From an uncultured Neomegalonema sp. (GTDB lineage Bacteria > Pseudomonadota > Alphaproteobacteria > Rhodobacterales > Rhodobacteraceae): a DNA stretch of 57,665 nt. The notes beneath the pieces are model-generated. The model ran no database searches and was not told the origin of the DNA. It worked only from the letters and a program-made list of their open reading frames with translations. The stretch covers positions 1-57,665 of the forward strand of contig CAZXMX010000001.1 in NCBI GenBank assembly GCA_964641645.1, written 5' to 3'. This document shows, in pieces, positions 36,307 to 45,865 of the stretch. Position numbers and translations under genes: made by a program. How positions within the stretch are numbered: position 1 is the stretch's first letter; each line of letters starts with the position of its first letter.

Positions 36307-37392
36307 ATGACAAGAGCAATCCTGCTCGCCGCAGCAAGCGGCATCGCCCTTACGGGCGTGGCTCAGGCCGAAGACACCATCACAGCCGTTTCATGGGGCG
36401 GTGCCTACACGAAGTCCCAAGTCGAGGCGTATCACAAGCCTTGGATGGCGAAGACCGGCAACAAAATCATCTCCGAAGACTACAATGGTGGTCTGGCGCA
36501 AATCAAAGCTCAGGTTGAAGCTGGAAACGTAACGTGGGACATCGTTGACGTCGAACTGTCCGACGCCATCCGTGGTTGCGACGAAGGTCTGCTCGAAGAA
36601 ATCGATCACTCGAAGCTTCCAGATGCGCCAGACGGCACGCCTGCAACGGAAGACTTTATTGGTCTTGCACTTCACGATTGCGCAGTCGCGAACATCGTTT
36701 GGTCGACCATTTATGCTTACGATGGTTCGGCATACACCGCGTTTGAGCGCCCACGTTCCATGGCTGACTTCTTCAACACGAAGGGCTTCCCGGGCAAGCG
36801 CGGTCTTCGCAAGTCGCCAAAAGCGAACCTCGAAATGGCACTGGTTGCAGACGGTGTGGCGGCAGCGGACGTTTACGACGTTCTCGCCACGGATGAGGGC
36901 GTTGATCGCGCTTTCACCATGCTCGACACGATCAAGGACGACGTTGTTTGGTGGGAGTCAGGCGCGCAGCCTCCACAGCTTCTTGCCGACGGCGAAGTTA
37001 AAATGACCACCGCGTACAATGGTCGTATCTTCAACGCGATGGCATCCGAAGGTAAGCCATTCGAAATCGTTTGGGACGGTCAGGTCTTTGACGTTGACCT
37101 GTGGGTGATCCCCAAAGGCGCGCCGAACATGGAAGCCGCTCTCGACTTCCTCGCGTTTTCGACGGACACGCAACGTTTGGCAGACCAAGCTGCTTGGATC
37201 TCTTACGGTCCTGCACGTCTTTCGTCTTCGGCACTGGTCGGCAGCTACAACTCCGATCCAGACCTCGCCATGGGTCCGCATATGCCAACCGCACCTGCGA
37301 ACTTCTTGAACGCGATCGCAAACGGGTTCGAGTTCTGGGCTGACAACCAAGACGAACTGAACGAGCGTTTCAACGCTTGGCTGGCCAGCTAA
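36307..37392 (+). CDS. ABC transporter periplasmic substrate-binding protein (PotD/PotF-like, SBP family 1)
   Basis: Signal peptide MTRAILLAAASGIALTGVAQA. The VSWGGAY...Y block is typical of spermidine/putrescine-type binding proteins. Confidence 0.85.
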   Translation: MTRAILLAAASGIALTGVAQAEDTITAVSWGGAYTKSQVEAYHKPWMAKTGNKIISEDYNGGLAQIKAQVEAGNVTWDIVDVELSDAIRGCDEGLLEEIDHSKLPDAPDGTPATEDFIGLALHDCAVANIVWSTIYAYDGSAYTAFERPRSMADFFNTKGFPGKRGLRKSPKANLEMALVADGVAAADVYDVLATDEGVDRAFTMLDTIKDDVVWWESGAQPPQLLADGEVKMTTAYNGRIFNAMASEGKPFEIVWDGQVFDVDLWVIPKGAPNMEAALDFLAFSTDTQRLADQAAWISYGPARLSSSALVGSYNSDPDLAMGPHMPTAPANFLNAIANGFEFWADNQDELNERFNAWLAS

Positions 37393-37454
37393 AGTAATAC
37401 GGGCCGTCCCAACAGGGGCGGCCCATCTAATCCTTCTATCAAGCGGTATGCCGA

Positions 37455-38744
37455 ATGTCTGAGACGATGCAGCAACCTCACGCGTTTGAGCAGCAAACAG
37501 CCGGTGACGGAACTCTGCTCGCAGCCGACGGCACACCACTAAAGCAAAAATTACGACAAGCACTGAAGGTAAACCGCCGTCGCGCGTTCCTGCTCGTCGC
37601 ACCGCTCTTACTGTTTATCTTCGCCAGCTTTGTGATCCCAATTGCCGTGTTCCTCGCGCAGGGTGTTTACAACGACACCTATGAAGAGCGGATGCCCGCT
37701 TCGACTATTGCGTTGTCAGATTGGGACGGGGCATCAGAGCCAACCGAAGATATGGCCGCAGCACTGGTCGCGGATCTCATCGTGAGCCGCAAAGCAAAGA
37801 CCATCGGCAAGGTCGCAACCCGCGTGAATGTTGAGCAATCGGGCACACGGTCGCTGTTCACCAAAACGGCACGCAAAGCCGCCAAGATGGAACCGCCGTT
37901 CCTTCCCGCGCTTATCAAGATCGACAAAGACTGGGGTGATCTTGAAACGTGGCAAGCGATGAAGATCGCTGCAACTTCGTGGACCCCCGCCTATTTCGCT
38001 GCTGCCGTCGACAAGAAATTCAACGCTGACGGATCTTTTACCGATCAGGAAGAAACGCGCCAGATCTATGTCTGGCTGTTCTTGAAGACGCTAATGGTCT
38101 CTGCCGGTGTCATGGCAATTTGCATCCTTCTTGGCTTTCCGGTCGCCTATCTGATCGCCCACTTACCTGCACGCCACGCAAACCTGCTGATTATTCTCGT
38201 GCTGCTGCCCTTCTGGACCTCACTGCTGGTGAGAACGACCGCATGGATCGCGATGTTGCAGGGCGAAGGCGTTATCAATGACATTTTGGTCTGGACCGGC
38301 ATTACTTCAGATGAATCGCGTTTCAGTCTAATCTACAACATGACCGGAACTGTCGTCGCGATGACTCATATTCTGTTGCCGTTCATGATCCTCCCAATCT
38401 ACTCGGTGATGAAAGCGATCCCGCCCAGCCATGTTCGCGCCGCCAAAAGCCTCGGCGCGACGAACTGGACTGCGTTCTGGCGGGTTTATTTTCCGGCAAC
38501 AATCCCCGGCATCGGCGCGGGTGGATTGCTCGTCTTTATCCTCGCGATCGGGTACTACATCACGCCTGCATTGGTCGGCGGCAGCGATGGTCAGCTCATC
38601 TCGAACTTTATCGCCTACCACATGGAAAAGTCGCTGAACTACTCCCTCGCCGCGGCACTGGGAGGAATTCTGCTGGTGAGCGTCCTCATCTTGTATTGGC
38701 TCTATGACCGCATTGTCGGCATCGACAACATGAAGCTCGGATAA
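37455..38744 (+). CDS. ABC transporter permease (PotB-like) with ~150-aa periplasmic insertion after TM1
   Basis: The EAA-loop region SLGATNWTAFWRVYFP is present. At 429 aa it is longer than typical PotB. Confidence 0.85.
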   Translation: MSETMQQPHAFEQQTAGDGTLLAADGTPLKQKLRQALKVNRRRAFLLVAPLLLFIFASFVIPIAVFLAQGVYNDTYEERMPASTIALSDWDGASEPTEDMAAALVADLIVSRKAKTIGKVATRVNVEQSGTRSLFTKTARKAAKMEPPFLPALIKIDKDWGDLETWQAMKIAATSWTPAYFAAAVDKKFNADGSFTDQEETRQIYVWLFLKTLMVSAGVMAICILLGFPVAYLIAHLPARHANLLIILVLLPFWTSLLVRTTAWIAMLQGEGVINDILVWTGITSDESRFSLIYNMTGTVVAMTHILLPFMILPIYSVMKAIPPSHVRAAKSLGATNWTAFWRVYFPATIPGIGAGGLLVFILAIGYYITPALVGGSDGQLISNFIAYHMEKSLNYSLAAALGGILLVSVLILYWLYDRIVGIDNMKLG

Positions 38745-38748
38745 TCAG

Positions 38749-39768
38749 ATGGCAAAGCTCCCTCCCTACGCCACCACTGGCGAGCGCGTCTGGAAGTTCA
38801 CTTACCTGACGATCTGCGCGTTGATCTTCGTGTTCCTCATCACGCCAATTCTCGTGATCGTTCCACTCAGCTTTAACATCGAGCCGTATTTCAGCTTCAC
38901 CGAAGGGATGCTGAGTTTCGACAAGGAAGCCTACTCGACGCGCTGGTATGCCGACATTTTAGAAAACGGCATGGCCGATCCAGATCAACCGCGCAGCTGG
39001 AGTATATTTGGCGATTGGCTCTGGCGCGCTCTCAGCCCGTTTCATACGGCTCCTGCAAGTTTCTTCACGGATATGTGGGAGAACGCGCAGTGGATTCGGG
39101 CGATGCGGAACAGCTTTTTTATTGGATTCTTCGCAACCATTATTGCGGTCACGCTTGGCACACTTGCCGCCATCGGTCTGTCACGATCCGAAATGCCCGC
39201 GCGCGGAGCGATCATGTCATTGCTGATCTCTCCATTGATCGTTCCGCTCGTGGTGACGGCATCAGGGATGTTTTATTTCTATTCAACCAACTTCAATCCG
39301 GACAGTTGGTTGATGGGCAACGAGGACGCGAGTCGTTGGATTTTGGCTCAGACCCATGCGGGCGTTATTCTGGCACACGCAGCACTTGGAACCCCCTTTG
39401 TCATCATAACGGTGACCGCCACGCTAGTCGGTTTTGATAAGTCTTTGGTCCGAGCAGGCGCATCGATGGGTGCGGGTCCAGCGCAGACCTTCTGGAAAAT
39501 CCAGATGCCATTAATCTTGCCTGGCGTCGTCTCGGGAGGGCTTTTCGCCTTCATCACATCATTTGACGAAGTGGTCGCTGCTCTGTTTCTCGCGGGTCCA
39601 GAACAGAAAACCATTCCACGACAGATGTATTCAGGTATCCGCGAGCAGATTTCGCCGACCATTCTAGCAGTTGCAACAATTCTTGTGATCTTGTCGGTGC
39701 TGCTGCTCGCGACTTTGGAATTGCTTCGTCGTCGCAGTGAACGGCTGCGGGGCATGACTCCGGCCTGA
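38749..39768 (+). CDS. ABC transporter permease (PotC-like) with enlarged first periplasmic loop
   Basis: EAA-like region AGASMGAGPAQTFWKIQMPL. Multi-TM. Confidence 0.85.
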   Translation: MAKLPPYATTGERVWKFTYLTICALIFVFLITPILVIVPLSFNIEPYFSFTEGMLSFDKEAYSTRWYADILENGMADPDQPRSWSIFGDWLWRALSPFHTAPASFFTDMWENAQWIRAMRNSFFIGFFATIIAVTLGTLAAIGLSRSEMPARGAIMSLLISPLIVPLVVTASGMFYFYSTNFNPDSWLMGNEDASRWILAQTHAGVILAHAALGTPFVIITVTATLVGFDKSLVRAGASMGAGPAQTFWKIQMPLILPGVVSGGLFAFITSFDEVVAALFLAGPEQKTIPRQMYSGIREQISPTILAVATILVILSVLLLATLELLRRRSERLRGMTPA

Positions 39769-39816
39769 GTTTCGCCTATTTTACGGCATCAGGTGACGAA
39801 AATGATGGAGAACGTG

Positions 39817-40125
39817 ATGAAACCGATTTTTTCTATTGCCCTATTGGGCGTACTTGCAGGCTGCAACACATTCGAAGGCGTCGGTCGGGATCTAGCTGCG
39901 GGTGGGGAGGCGATTGAAGAAGCTGCGGTTAGTGCTCAGCAGCCTGTCGTTCAACCGAGACCTCAACCACAGCCAGTTTTCCAACAGGTGCCACAACAAC
40001 AGAGCATCTATCAGCCGGTTCCTCAACAACAACCGATTATCCAGCAGCAGCCGATTATTCAGCAACAGCCCATTCAGCCTTATAATCCGGCCACCCAAGT
40101 TCCGAACAGCAGCTACACGTTCTAA
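39817..40125 (+). CDS. entericidin A/B family lipoprotein with ~60-aa Pro/Gln-rich C-terminal extension
   Basis: MKPIFSIALLGVLAGCNTFEGVGRDLAAGGEAIEEAAVSAQQ aligns by eye with EcnA/EcnB (lipobox-CNT..G.G.D...G..I..AA...QQ). GGAGA lies 6 nt before ATG 39817. Confidence 0.65.
   Translation: MKPIFSIALLGVLAGCNTFEGVGRDLAAGGEAIEEAAVSAQQPVVQPRPQPQPVFQQVPQQQSIYQPVPQQQPIIQQQPIIQQQPIQPYNPATQVPNSSYTF
40024..40077 (+). repeat. three imperfect 18-nt in-frame tandem repeats encoding QQQPII / QQQPII / QQQPIQ
   Basis: Read directly: caacaacaaccgattatc / cagcagcagccgattatt / cagcaacagcccattcag. Confidence 0.7.
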
Positions 40126-40173
40126 GGCCGGTTAAGACGTCTATCACGCCGGCTCCGATAAATTAACCGCGCT

Positions 40174-40923
40174 CTACTCGTCGAGCGCGGCAATTACCTC
40201 GTCGGTCATTTCGGCGTTGGACGTGACATTTTGCACGTCGTCATCGTCTTCAAGCGCATCGATCAACTTCATTAGAGACTTGGCCTGATCCACATCAACG
40301 GGATTGGTGTTTTGAGGCCGCCAAGCGAGTTTTGCGCTTTCCGGCTCTCCAAGTGCAGCCTCCAAAGCGGTCGAAACATCGTTCAGGTCAGTGTCCGCAC
40401 AATATATCGTATGACCACTCTCTTCATCGCTTTCGACATCCTCCGCGCCCGCTTCAATTGCGGCCTCAAAGATCGTGTCAGCATCGCCAGCGTCCGCCGG
40501 GTAGAGAATTTGTCCAACGCGGTCGAACATGAATCCCACGGACCCCGTTTCGCCAAGGTTGCCCCCGCTTTTCGAGAACGTTGATCGAACCGTTGATGCG
40601 GTCCGGTTTCGGTTATCGGTCAGCGCTTCAACAATCATCGCGACTCCGCCGGGGCCATAACCCTCGTAGCGGATCTCTTCGTAATCATCGCCCTCTCCCG
40701 CTTGTGACTTTTTGATCGCGCGGTCGATATTGTCTTTCGGCATAGACTGAGACTTCGCCTCACGCACTGCGAGGCGCAGGCGCGGGTTCTTGTCTGGATC
40801 AGGGTCGCCCATCTTGGCGGCAACAGTGATTTCTTTCGAAAGCTTGGAGAACAGCTTTGAGCGCAGCTTATCCTGCCGACCTTTACGGTGCTGAATATTG
40901 GCCCATTTGGAATGACCGGCCAT
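40174..40923 (-). CDS. yebC: YebC/PmpR family DNA-binding transcriptional regulator
   Basis: [38 protein letters not shown] is the invariant N-terminus. Confidence 0.9.
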   Translation of the reverse strand: MAGHSKWANIQHRKGRQDKLRSKLFSKLSKEITVAAKMGDPDPDKNPRLRLAVREAKSQSMPKDNIDRAIKKSQAGEGDDYEEIRYEGYGPGGVAMIVEALTDNRNRTASTVRSTFSKSGGNLGETGSVGFMFDRVGQILYPADAGDADTIFEAAIEAGAEDVESDEESGHTIYCADTDLNDVSTALEAALGEPESAKLAWRPQNTNPVDVDQAKSLMKLIDALEDDDDVQNVTSNAEMTDEVIAALDE

Positions 40924-40972
40924 GAGTCACCTCGTTATCTAGAATGCGGTTTTACGGAGGTTATAGGGGCTG

Positions 40973-41992
40973 CTAACCCGAAACGGAAGCCCGCCTGAAC
41001 GACGGCGCTCGCTCCGTTTCAGCCGATGCCTCCCAGACGCCGCGCGCCACCGCTCGGGCGACGCAATCTGCTGCGGCCGCGCCATAGCGCATCACGTCCT
41101 CAGGTTCCACATCCGCTGGTCGATCAGCAGGACAAACAGCAAAGATCGTATCGCCATCAAACGGGGCGTGGCTGGGCCGAATCGCGCGAGCCAGCCCATC
41201 CTGAGCCATTACCGTCATTCGCATCAGCGAGATGCGATCCAGCGGCACCGAACAGGCAACAACGCCGATGCAGGTCGCTTGGGCCGCTGTCACGCCGCCC
41301 TTGCGATCCACAGGCAGCGGGTCCGTGACATTCGATGCAAGGTCCGGCTTCAATCCACCGAATTCTCCCTCAATCTCGAATGGCCAAGACCAAAAGCAGT
41401 GTCCTCCCGGCATCACCGGAGACCCGATGGAGTTCACAGCGACCAAGGCTGAAACCACGCGGTCTTCCCCCATTTCAAGGGAAGCGGTTCCGAGGCCGCC
41501 AAGCCAAGCTCCGGTTGTTGCGCCATATCCGGCCCCCACCGATCCGCACGGTACGTCTTGGGATTCTGCCTTCATCGCTTCTGCCGCGAGCGAACGGTAA
41601 GGCGGTTCATCGTTCCAAGACTTGTCGCCGCCGTTGTTCAAATCGTAAAGCGATGCCGCCGGGACGATCGGAACGGGTGGAGTGGCGGCGACAGGAACGA
41701 AACCTTCTCCTTCCGCCGATAGTATAGAGGCGACTTTATCTGCAGCCCCAAGACCAAAAACTGATCCTCCAGAGAGGCAAATCGCATGCGCAATACCGAG
41801 CGTTCCGTCGTTCCCGACAGCGTCTGTTTCGCGTGTCGCCGGCCCGCCTCCGCGAACGTCGACCGAGCACCGCATAGCCCGGTTAAAACGGACGACCGTG
41901 ACACCGGTTCGAGCTTTTAGATCTTCAGAATTTCCGACACGTATTCCACTAACATCCGTCAGAGCATTGCGCGCTCCGGGCCGCGTGATCAC
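40973..41992 (-). CDS. P1 family peptidase (DmpA/S58 L-aminopeptidase-like, Ntn hydrolase)
   Basis: NALTDV.GI.VG....L.A.TGVTVV N-terminus and the internal GxT/S autoprocessing-type region (GYGATTGAWLGGLGTAS) are present. Confidence 0.8.
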   Translation of the reverse strand: MITRPGARNALTDVSGIRVGNSEDLKARTGVTVVRFNRAMRCSVDVRGGGPATRETDAVGNDGTLGIAHAICLSGGSVFGLGAADKVASILSAEGEGFVPVAATPPVPIVPAASLYDLNNGGDKSWNDEPPYRSLAAEAMKAESQDVPCGSVGAGYGATTGAWLGGLGTASLEMGEDRVVSALVAVNSIGSPVMPGGHCFWSWPFEIEGEFGGLKPDLASNVTDPLPVDRKGGVTAAQATCIGVVACSVPLDRISLMRMTVMAQDGLARAIRPSHAPFDGDTIFAVCPADRPADVEPEDVMRYGAAAADCVARAVARGVWEASAETERAPSFRRASVSG

Positions 41993-43383
41993 TCAGTGCC
42001 TGCCGTGTCGGGAATGCTCACGCGGAAGCAGGTTCCATCGGTCGTGCTATCGACGAGTTCAACACCGCCCCCGTGGCCGCGCGCCAGCTCCAGCGCAATG
42101 GCGAGGCCAAGCCCGCTCCCGCCTTTGCGAACACCGCCCTTGAAGGCTTTGAACAAGTTCTCACGAGCCACCATCGGCATTCCCGGCCCATCATCGATAA
42201 TGTCGATCTCAGCTTTGCCATCGTAACGCCGAGCAGAGAGAGCCACCGTTCCGCCATTTCCGTTTGCTTCCAATGCCTGTGCAGCGTTTCTGGCAAGGTT
42301 GTGGACGATCCGGTAAAGTTGATCGGGGTCTGCTTCGACGTAGGCATCGGGCTCGCAGGTGACTTCAACGTTCACACTCTCTGAATGTGCGAGTGTCAAA
42401 TGCTCTTGAACTTCGGCTAGGAACGTTGGCAACATTACGCGGCGACGTTCAGGCTCAAGTTCTTCGGCTTTACCAAATTCCAGCGTCCGCTCGCATAGTG
42501 CCGTCGCACGGTCGAGTGATCGAAGCAATTTCGGCGCGGTCTTCGCAACCATCGGATCTTGGCTTGTCTCCAAACGGTCCGTCAAAATTTGTGCAGAAGC
42601 CAAAATATTTCTTAGATCGTGATTGATCTTCGCGACCGCTTCACCCAACCCGGCTAGCCGGGTTTTTTGCTTCAACGAAGCACGTAACTCAGTCTGCATC
42701 GCAGCAAGCTCAGCCTGTGCTTCGCCAATTTCATCGCGTCCAGTGCCGGGCACAATAATCGTTGCCGCCTCGGGTGCTTGCCGAAACGCAATCATGTTCG
42801 ACGTCACCTGACGGATCGGACGCACAAGCCAACGATTCAGACTCAGGAAAACAAGGCCAGCCGTCAACAACGAGATAATGAGAGAGACCGCCAAAACACG
42901 TAGGCCAAAAGCGACCATCGCATCGCGCAATTGCGTTTCGCGAAGCGTGATTTCTACTTTGTCGCCCATTGGGTTTCGCGCGGCTTCTGGCGAGCCCATG
43001 ACCCTGATCACTCGCCGAGGGTCGTTCCGAGCTAGAACTTTGAAGCCCTCAAGCAGATCATCAAAAGTTGTCGTTTCATCCAGATCGAACGTTTCATTGA
43101 CCGGATCGGCCCAATTTCCGCGTAACACCGGAACATGCGCACCGCTTCGCTGCAAGGCAATTGAACGAACCTCAGCGCTTCGTAGCAAGTCCATTTCGTT
43201 ATCGGAACCGACTTCTCGATCCAACAAAGCAAGAGCAACAATGTTTGATGCAGCCAAACGCTCTTTTAGATAGTCCACCCGAAATCGCGCTACGGATGGG
43301 GCGAATACGAGAACCTCGGCCAGCATCACGAATATAATCGTGAGGACCAGCAATCGTCCCGACAAACTGCGCAACATTCGCAT
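41989..43383 (-). CDS. sensor histidine kinase (2 TM, HAMP, HisKA, HATPase_c)
   Basis: H-box INHDLRNIL, N-box HNLARNAAQA, G1 DDGPGMP and G2 GSGLGLAIA are present. 4-nt overlap with the downstream peptidase gene. Confidence 0.85.
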   Translation of the reverse strand: MRMLRSLSGRLLVLTIIFVMLAEVLVFAPSVARFRVDYLKERLAASNIVALALLDREVGSDNEMDLLRSAEVRSIALQRSGAHVPVLRGNWADPVNETFDLDETTTFDDLLEGFKVLARNDPRRVIRVMGSPEAARNPMGDKVEITLRETQLRDAMVAFGLRVLAVSLIISLLTAGLVFLSLNRWLVRPIRQVTSNMIAFRQAPEAATIIVPGTGRDEIGEAQAELAAMQTELRASLKQKTRLAGLGEAVAKINHDLRNILASAQILTDRLETSQDPMVAKTAPKLLRSLDRATALCERTLEFGKAEELEPERRRVMLPTFLAEVQEHLTLAHSESVNVEVTCEPDAYVEADPDQLYRIVHNLARNAAQALEANGNGGTVALSARRYDGKAEIDIIDDGPGMPMVARENLFKAFKGGVRKGGSGLGLAIALELARGHGGGVELVDSTTDGTCFRVSIPDTAGTE

Positions 43384-43413
43384 TCTTATGATGCCTTTCC
43401 GTTGCCTTGAGCC

Positions 43414-44832
43414 TTAGCCCAGTTTCGAGAGCAACCCGACGATTTTTCGCGTTCGGTCACTAAATAATTTGGGCGTATAATGGCTTCCGGCAACTCTTTT
43501 GCTGGCTTCGCCCAATGTGGGGTAGGGAGCCACATATCCGGCCATGGCGCCGATCTTCTGTTTACTCGCGATGGCGAAAGCCCAAAGGTGGATCATCTCC
43601 CCCGCGCCCTTACCAACAATAGACGCACCAATGATCTTCGAGCCTTTAAGCACAACCTTAATCAAGCCTTTGCCAGTACGTTCCGCCTGAGCCCGATCTG
43701 TCTCGTTAGCGGCGAAACGCAAGACCGAAACTCCTGACCCAAACTTCGACTTTGCCTGATCTTCGGTCAGGCCGACATGTGCGATCTCAGGGTCGACATA
43801 GGTCACCCAAGGAATGTGAGCCGTTGAAGCTTTCGCCCAAAACATCTGGAACAGCGCGCTTCGGATGACGACACCTGCATGATACCCGGCGACGTGCGTA
43901 AATTGGAGGCCACCAGTTACGTCACCAATCGCAAAGACTTTTTTGTTCGTCGTTTTTAAGTTCGCACCAACGGAAATCCCACGGCGGCTGTACTCAATTC
44001 CCGCCTTCTCGAGATCAAGCCCGTCTACATTCGCCTGTCGCCCCACGGCCATCAAAAGGTGTGAACCTTCGACAACTTCTCCACCTTTTAGGTGAACCTG
44101 AATTTTACCCCCGTCATTTGAAACCCGCTCAGCCAACGCATCCTCGCGAATATCGAGGCCCTCGGCCCGCAAATTCTCCAATGCGATTGCCGTCAGTTCC
44201 GGGTCATCTTTTCCGAGGGCTTTTGCCCCCTCTAGAACAACAACGTCTGCACCAAGTCTCCGATGAGCTTGCGCCATTTCCATACCGATAGGACCACCGC
44301 CAACGACGATCAGGCGTTCCGGCAACTCGGTGTTGTCGAAGATCGTTTCGTTCGTGAAGTACGGAGTTTCTTGTAGACCTTCAATCGGCGGTACGAAGGG
44401 TGAAGAACCGGTCGAAATCACGACGCGACGGGCCTCAATCGTATAACCGCCCGCTTCGACGGTGGTTGCCCCGACAAATTTTGCGCCGTCGCGGATTACC
44501 GTACAACCCAGCCCTTCAAATCTCTCCTGACTATCGTGAGGGGCAATACCTGCGATCACGTCCTTCACATGAGCATTTACCGCAGCGAAATCGACTTTCG
44601 GTTCATCAGCCGCAACCCCGAACTTCTCGCCTGAACGATGGGCATGGGCCGCTTTTGCGGCAGCCAGCAGCGCCTTCGAGGGGACACAGCCGTAGTTCAG
44701 GCAGTCGCCGCCCATCTCGCCCTTTTCGATCAGTGCGACAGAGGCACCCATTTGGACAGCCCCGGCAGCGACCGACAGGCCACCAGACCCCGCGCCGATA
44801 ACACACAAATCAACTTTCAAATTTTTAGACAT
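43414..44832 (-). CDS. FAD-dependent pyridine nucleotide-disulfide oxidoreductase (dihydrolipoyl-dehydrogenase / mercuric-reductase-like, no NmerA domain)
   Basis: CVIGAGSGGL, the redox-active CLNYGCVPSK and a C-terminal dimerisation domain are present. ATG 44832 overlaps the upstream gene by 8 nt. Confidence 0.85.
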   Translation of the reverse strand: MSKNLKVDLCVIGAGSGGLSVAAGAVQMGASVALIEKGEMGGDCLNYGCVPSKALLAAAKAAHAHRSGEKFGVAADEPKVDFAAVNAHVKDVIAGIAPHDSQERFEGLGCTVIRDGAKFVGATTVEAGGYTIEARRVVISTGSSPFVPPIEGLQETPYFTNETIFDNTELPERLIVVGGGPIGMEMAQAHRRLGADVVVLEGAKALGKDDPELTAIALENLRAEGLDIREDALAERVSNDGGKIQVHLKGGEVVEGSHLLMAVGRQANVDGLDLEKAGIEYSRRGISVGANLKTTNKKVFAIGDVTGGLQFTHVAGYHAGVVIRSALFQMFWAKASTAHIPWVTYVDPEIAHVGLTEDQAKSKFGSGVSVLRFAANETDRAQAERTGKGLIKVVLKGSKIIGASIVGKGAGEMIHLWAFAIASKQKIGAMAGYVAPYPTLGEASKRVAGSHYTPKLFSDRTRKIVGLLSKLG

Positions 44833-45601
44833 CGGCCTCGTCTTTCGCAGCAGCAGAATTGCCGCGTACTTTCTTGATAACAATTGGCATGATCGCCAAA
44901 GCAATCAAAGCGGCGAAGGGACCCCAAACAGAGGGCTCGGCAAAGATGTTGAGCGATATGTCACCGCCTTGAGCAAAGACCTCACCGAGGCCCGTTCCGA
45001 TTGACGTGTATACGGCCGTGCCGGGGAGAATACCTAGAAATGTCGTCCAAACGTAGGTGAACAAGGAAACTCCGAAGAACGCGGGTAGCAAGTTGGCGAC
45101 AAAGAACGGAAGCGCCGGAACGAGGCGCAACAAGAACAAGAAGCTGATCTCATTTTCTTGGAAGCTCTTCTCGAACTTCTCCATCCAAGGCCCTGCGCGT
45201 TCTTTTAACGATTCGCCGAAACTGGTTTTCGCAGCAATGAAGATACAAGCCGCACCGGTAGTCGCGCCAACGACAGTCAACAACGTTCCCGGCACCAACC
45301 CGAACAAAAACCCGCCCGTTAACGTCATAAACGCCGCGCCCGGGATCGAGAATGCGACCACAAGAACATAGGCCAGCACGTAGACGAGAGCGGCGAGTAA
45401 ATAGTTGTCGTCTCGCCAAGCCAATAGTGCTTCGCGGTTATCTCGAAGGGTATCGAGGGACAAATACTCACGCAGGAAAATGAAACCCAAGATTGCACCA
45501 CCACCTAAAGCGATAAGCGGTAGGAACCGGGTTAAGCTCTTCTCTTGCCCGGAAGAGATTTGTGATGCGGTCGTTTCTGCCATGTCTCTATCTTTCGTCA
45601 T
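44825..45601 (-). CDS. TVP38/TMEM64 family (DedA superfamily, SNARE_assoc) membrane protein
   Basis: Multi-TM protein with the F....P.P......GG.LFG and R..P..PF...N block. I prefer ATG 45601 (GGAAGGA at 7 nt) over the upstream alternative start at 45676. Confidence 0.75.
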   Translation of the reverse strand: MTKDRDMAETTASQISSGQEKSLTRFLPLIALGGGAILGFIFLREYLSLDTLRDNREALLAWRDDNYLLAALVYVLAYVLVVAFSIPGAAFMTLTGGFLFGLVPGTLLTVVGATTGAACIFIAAKTSFGESLKERAGPWMEKFEKSFQENEISFLFLLRLVPALPFFVANLLPAFFGVSLFTYVWTTFLGILPGTAVYTSIGTGLGEVFAQGGDISLNIFAEPSVWGPFAALIALAIMPIVIKKVRGNSAAAKDEADV

Positions 45602-45749
45602 GGGTGAGTCCTTCCTGCCTGTCCCGACAGTGATGCCGTTATTGCGTATAAGGGTTAGCAGAGAGACCCACTTCACGGTGCATTGAGGCGTTGTGAACCG
45701 GCCTTAGATGATTGAAACAAATCGATACGTTCGTAAAGCGTTCATGGCG

Positions 45750-45778
45750 TTGACGTGAACGAATGCTCGCTCTATAAG
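45750..45778 (+). promoter_or_regulatory. sigma-70-type promoter for rpmH (TTGACG-N17-TATAAG)
   Basis: Read directly. The 17-nt spacer was counted. It lies about 88 nt upstream of the rpmH GTG. Confidence 0.55.
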
Positions 45779-45865
45779 CCCGTCTCCGACCCCGGGCCTT
45801 CTGGCTTGGGCGTACTTGGTATGTTTACACAGCGGGGCTTGCCCCCAATAATAGGAGCGGCCCCC

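Noticed and set aside
40163-40190. 8-bp inverted repeat CCGCGCTC...GAGCGCGG spanning the yebC stop codon, as a possible terminator
   Set aside because: Half of the stem is coding sequence, and the following T-tract (TTAATTTAT on the minus strand) is interrupted. It is plausible but not strong enough to list as a feature.
45602-45865. Possible replication origin / DnaA boxes, because rpmH-rnpA-yidC often neighbours dnaA-oriC
   Set aside because: dnaA is not adjacent, and I found no TTATCCACA-like boxes in the spacer. In alphaproteobacteria the origin is usually near hemE rather than rpmH.
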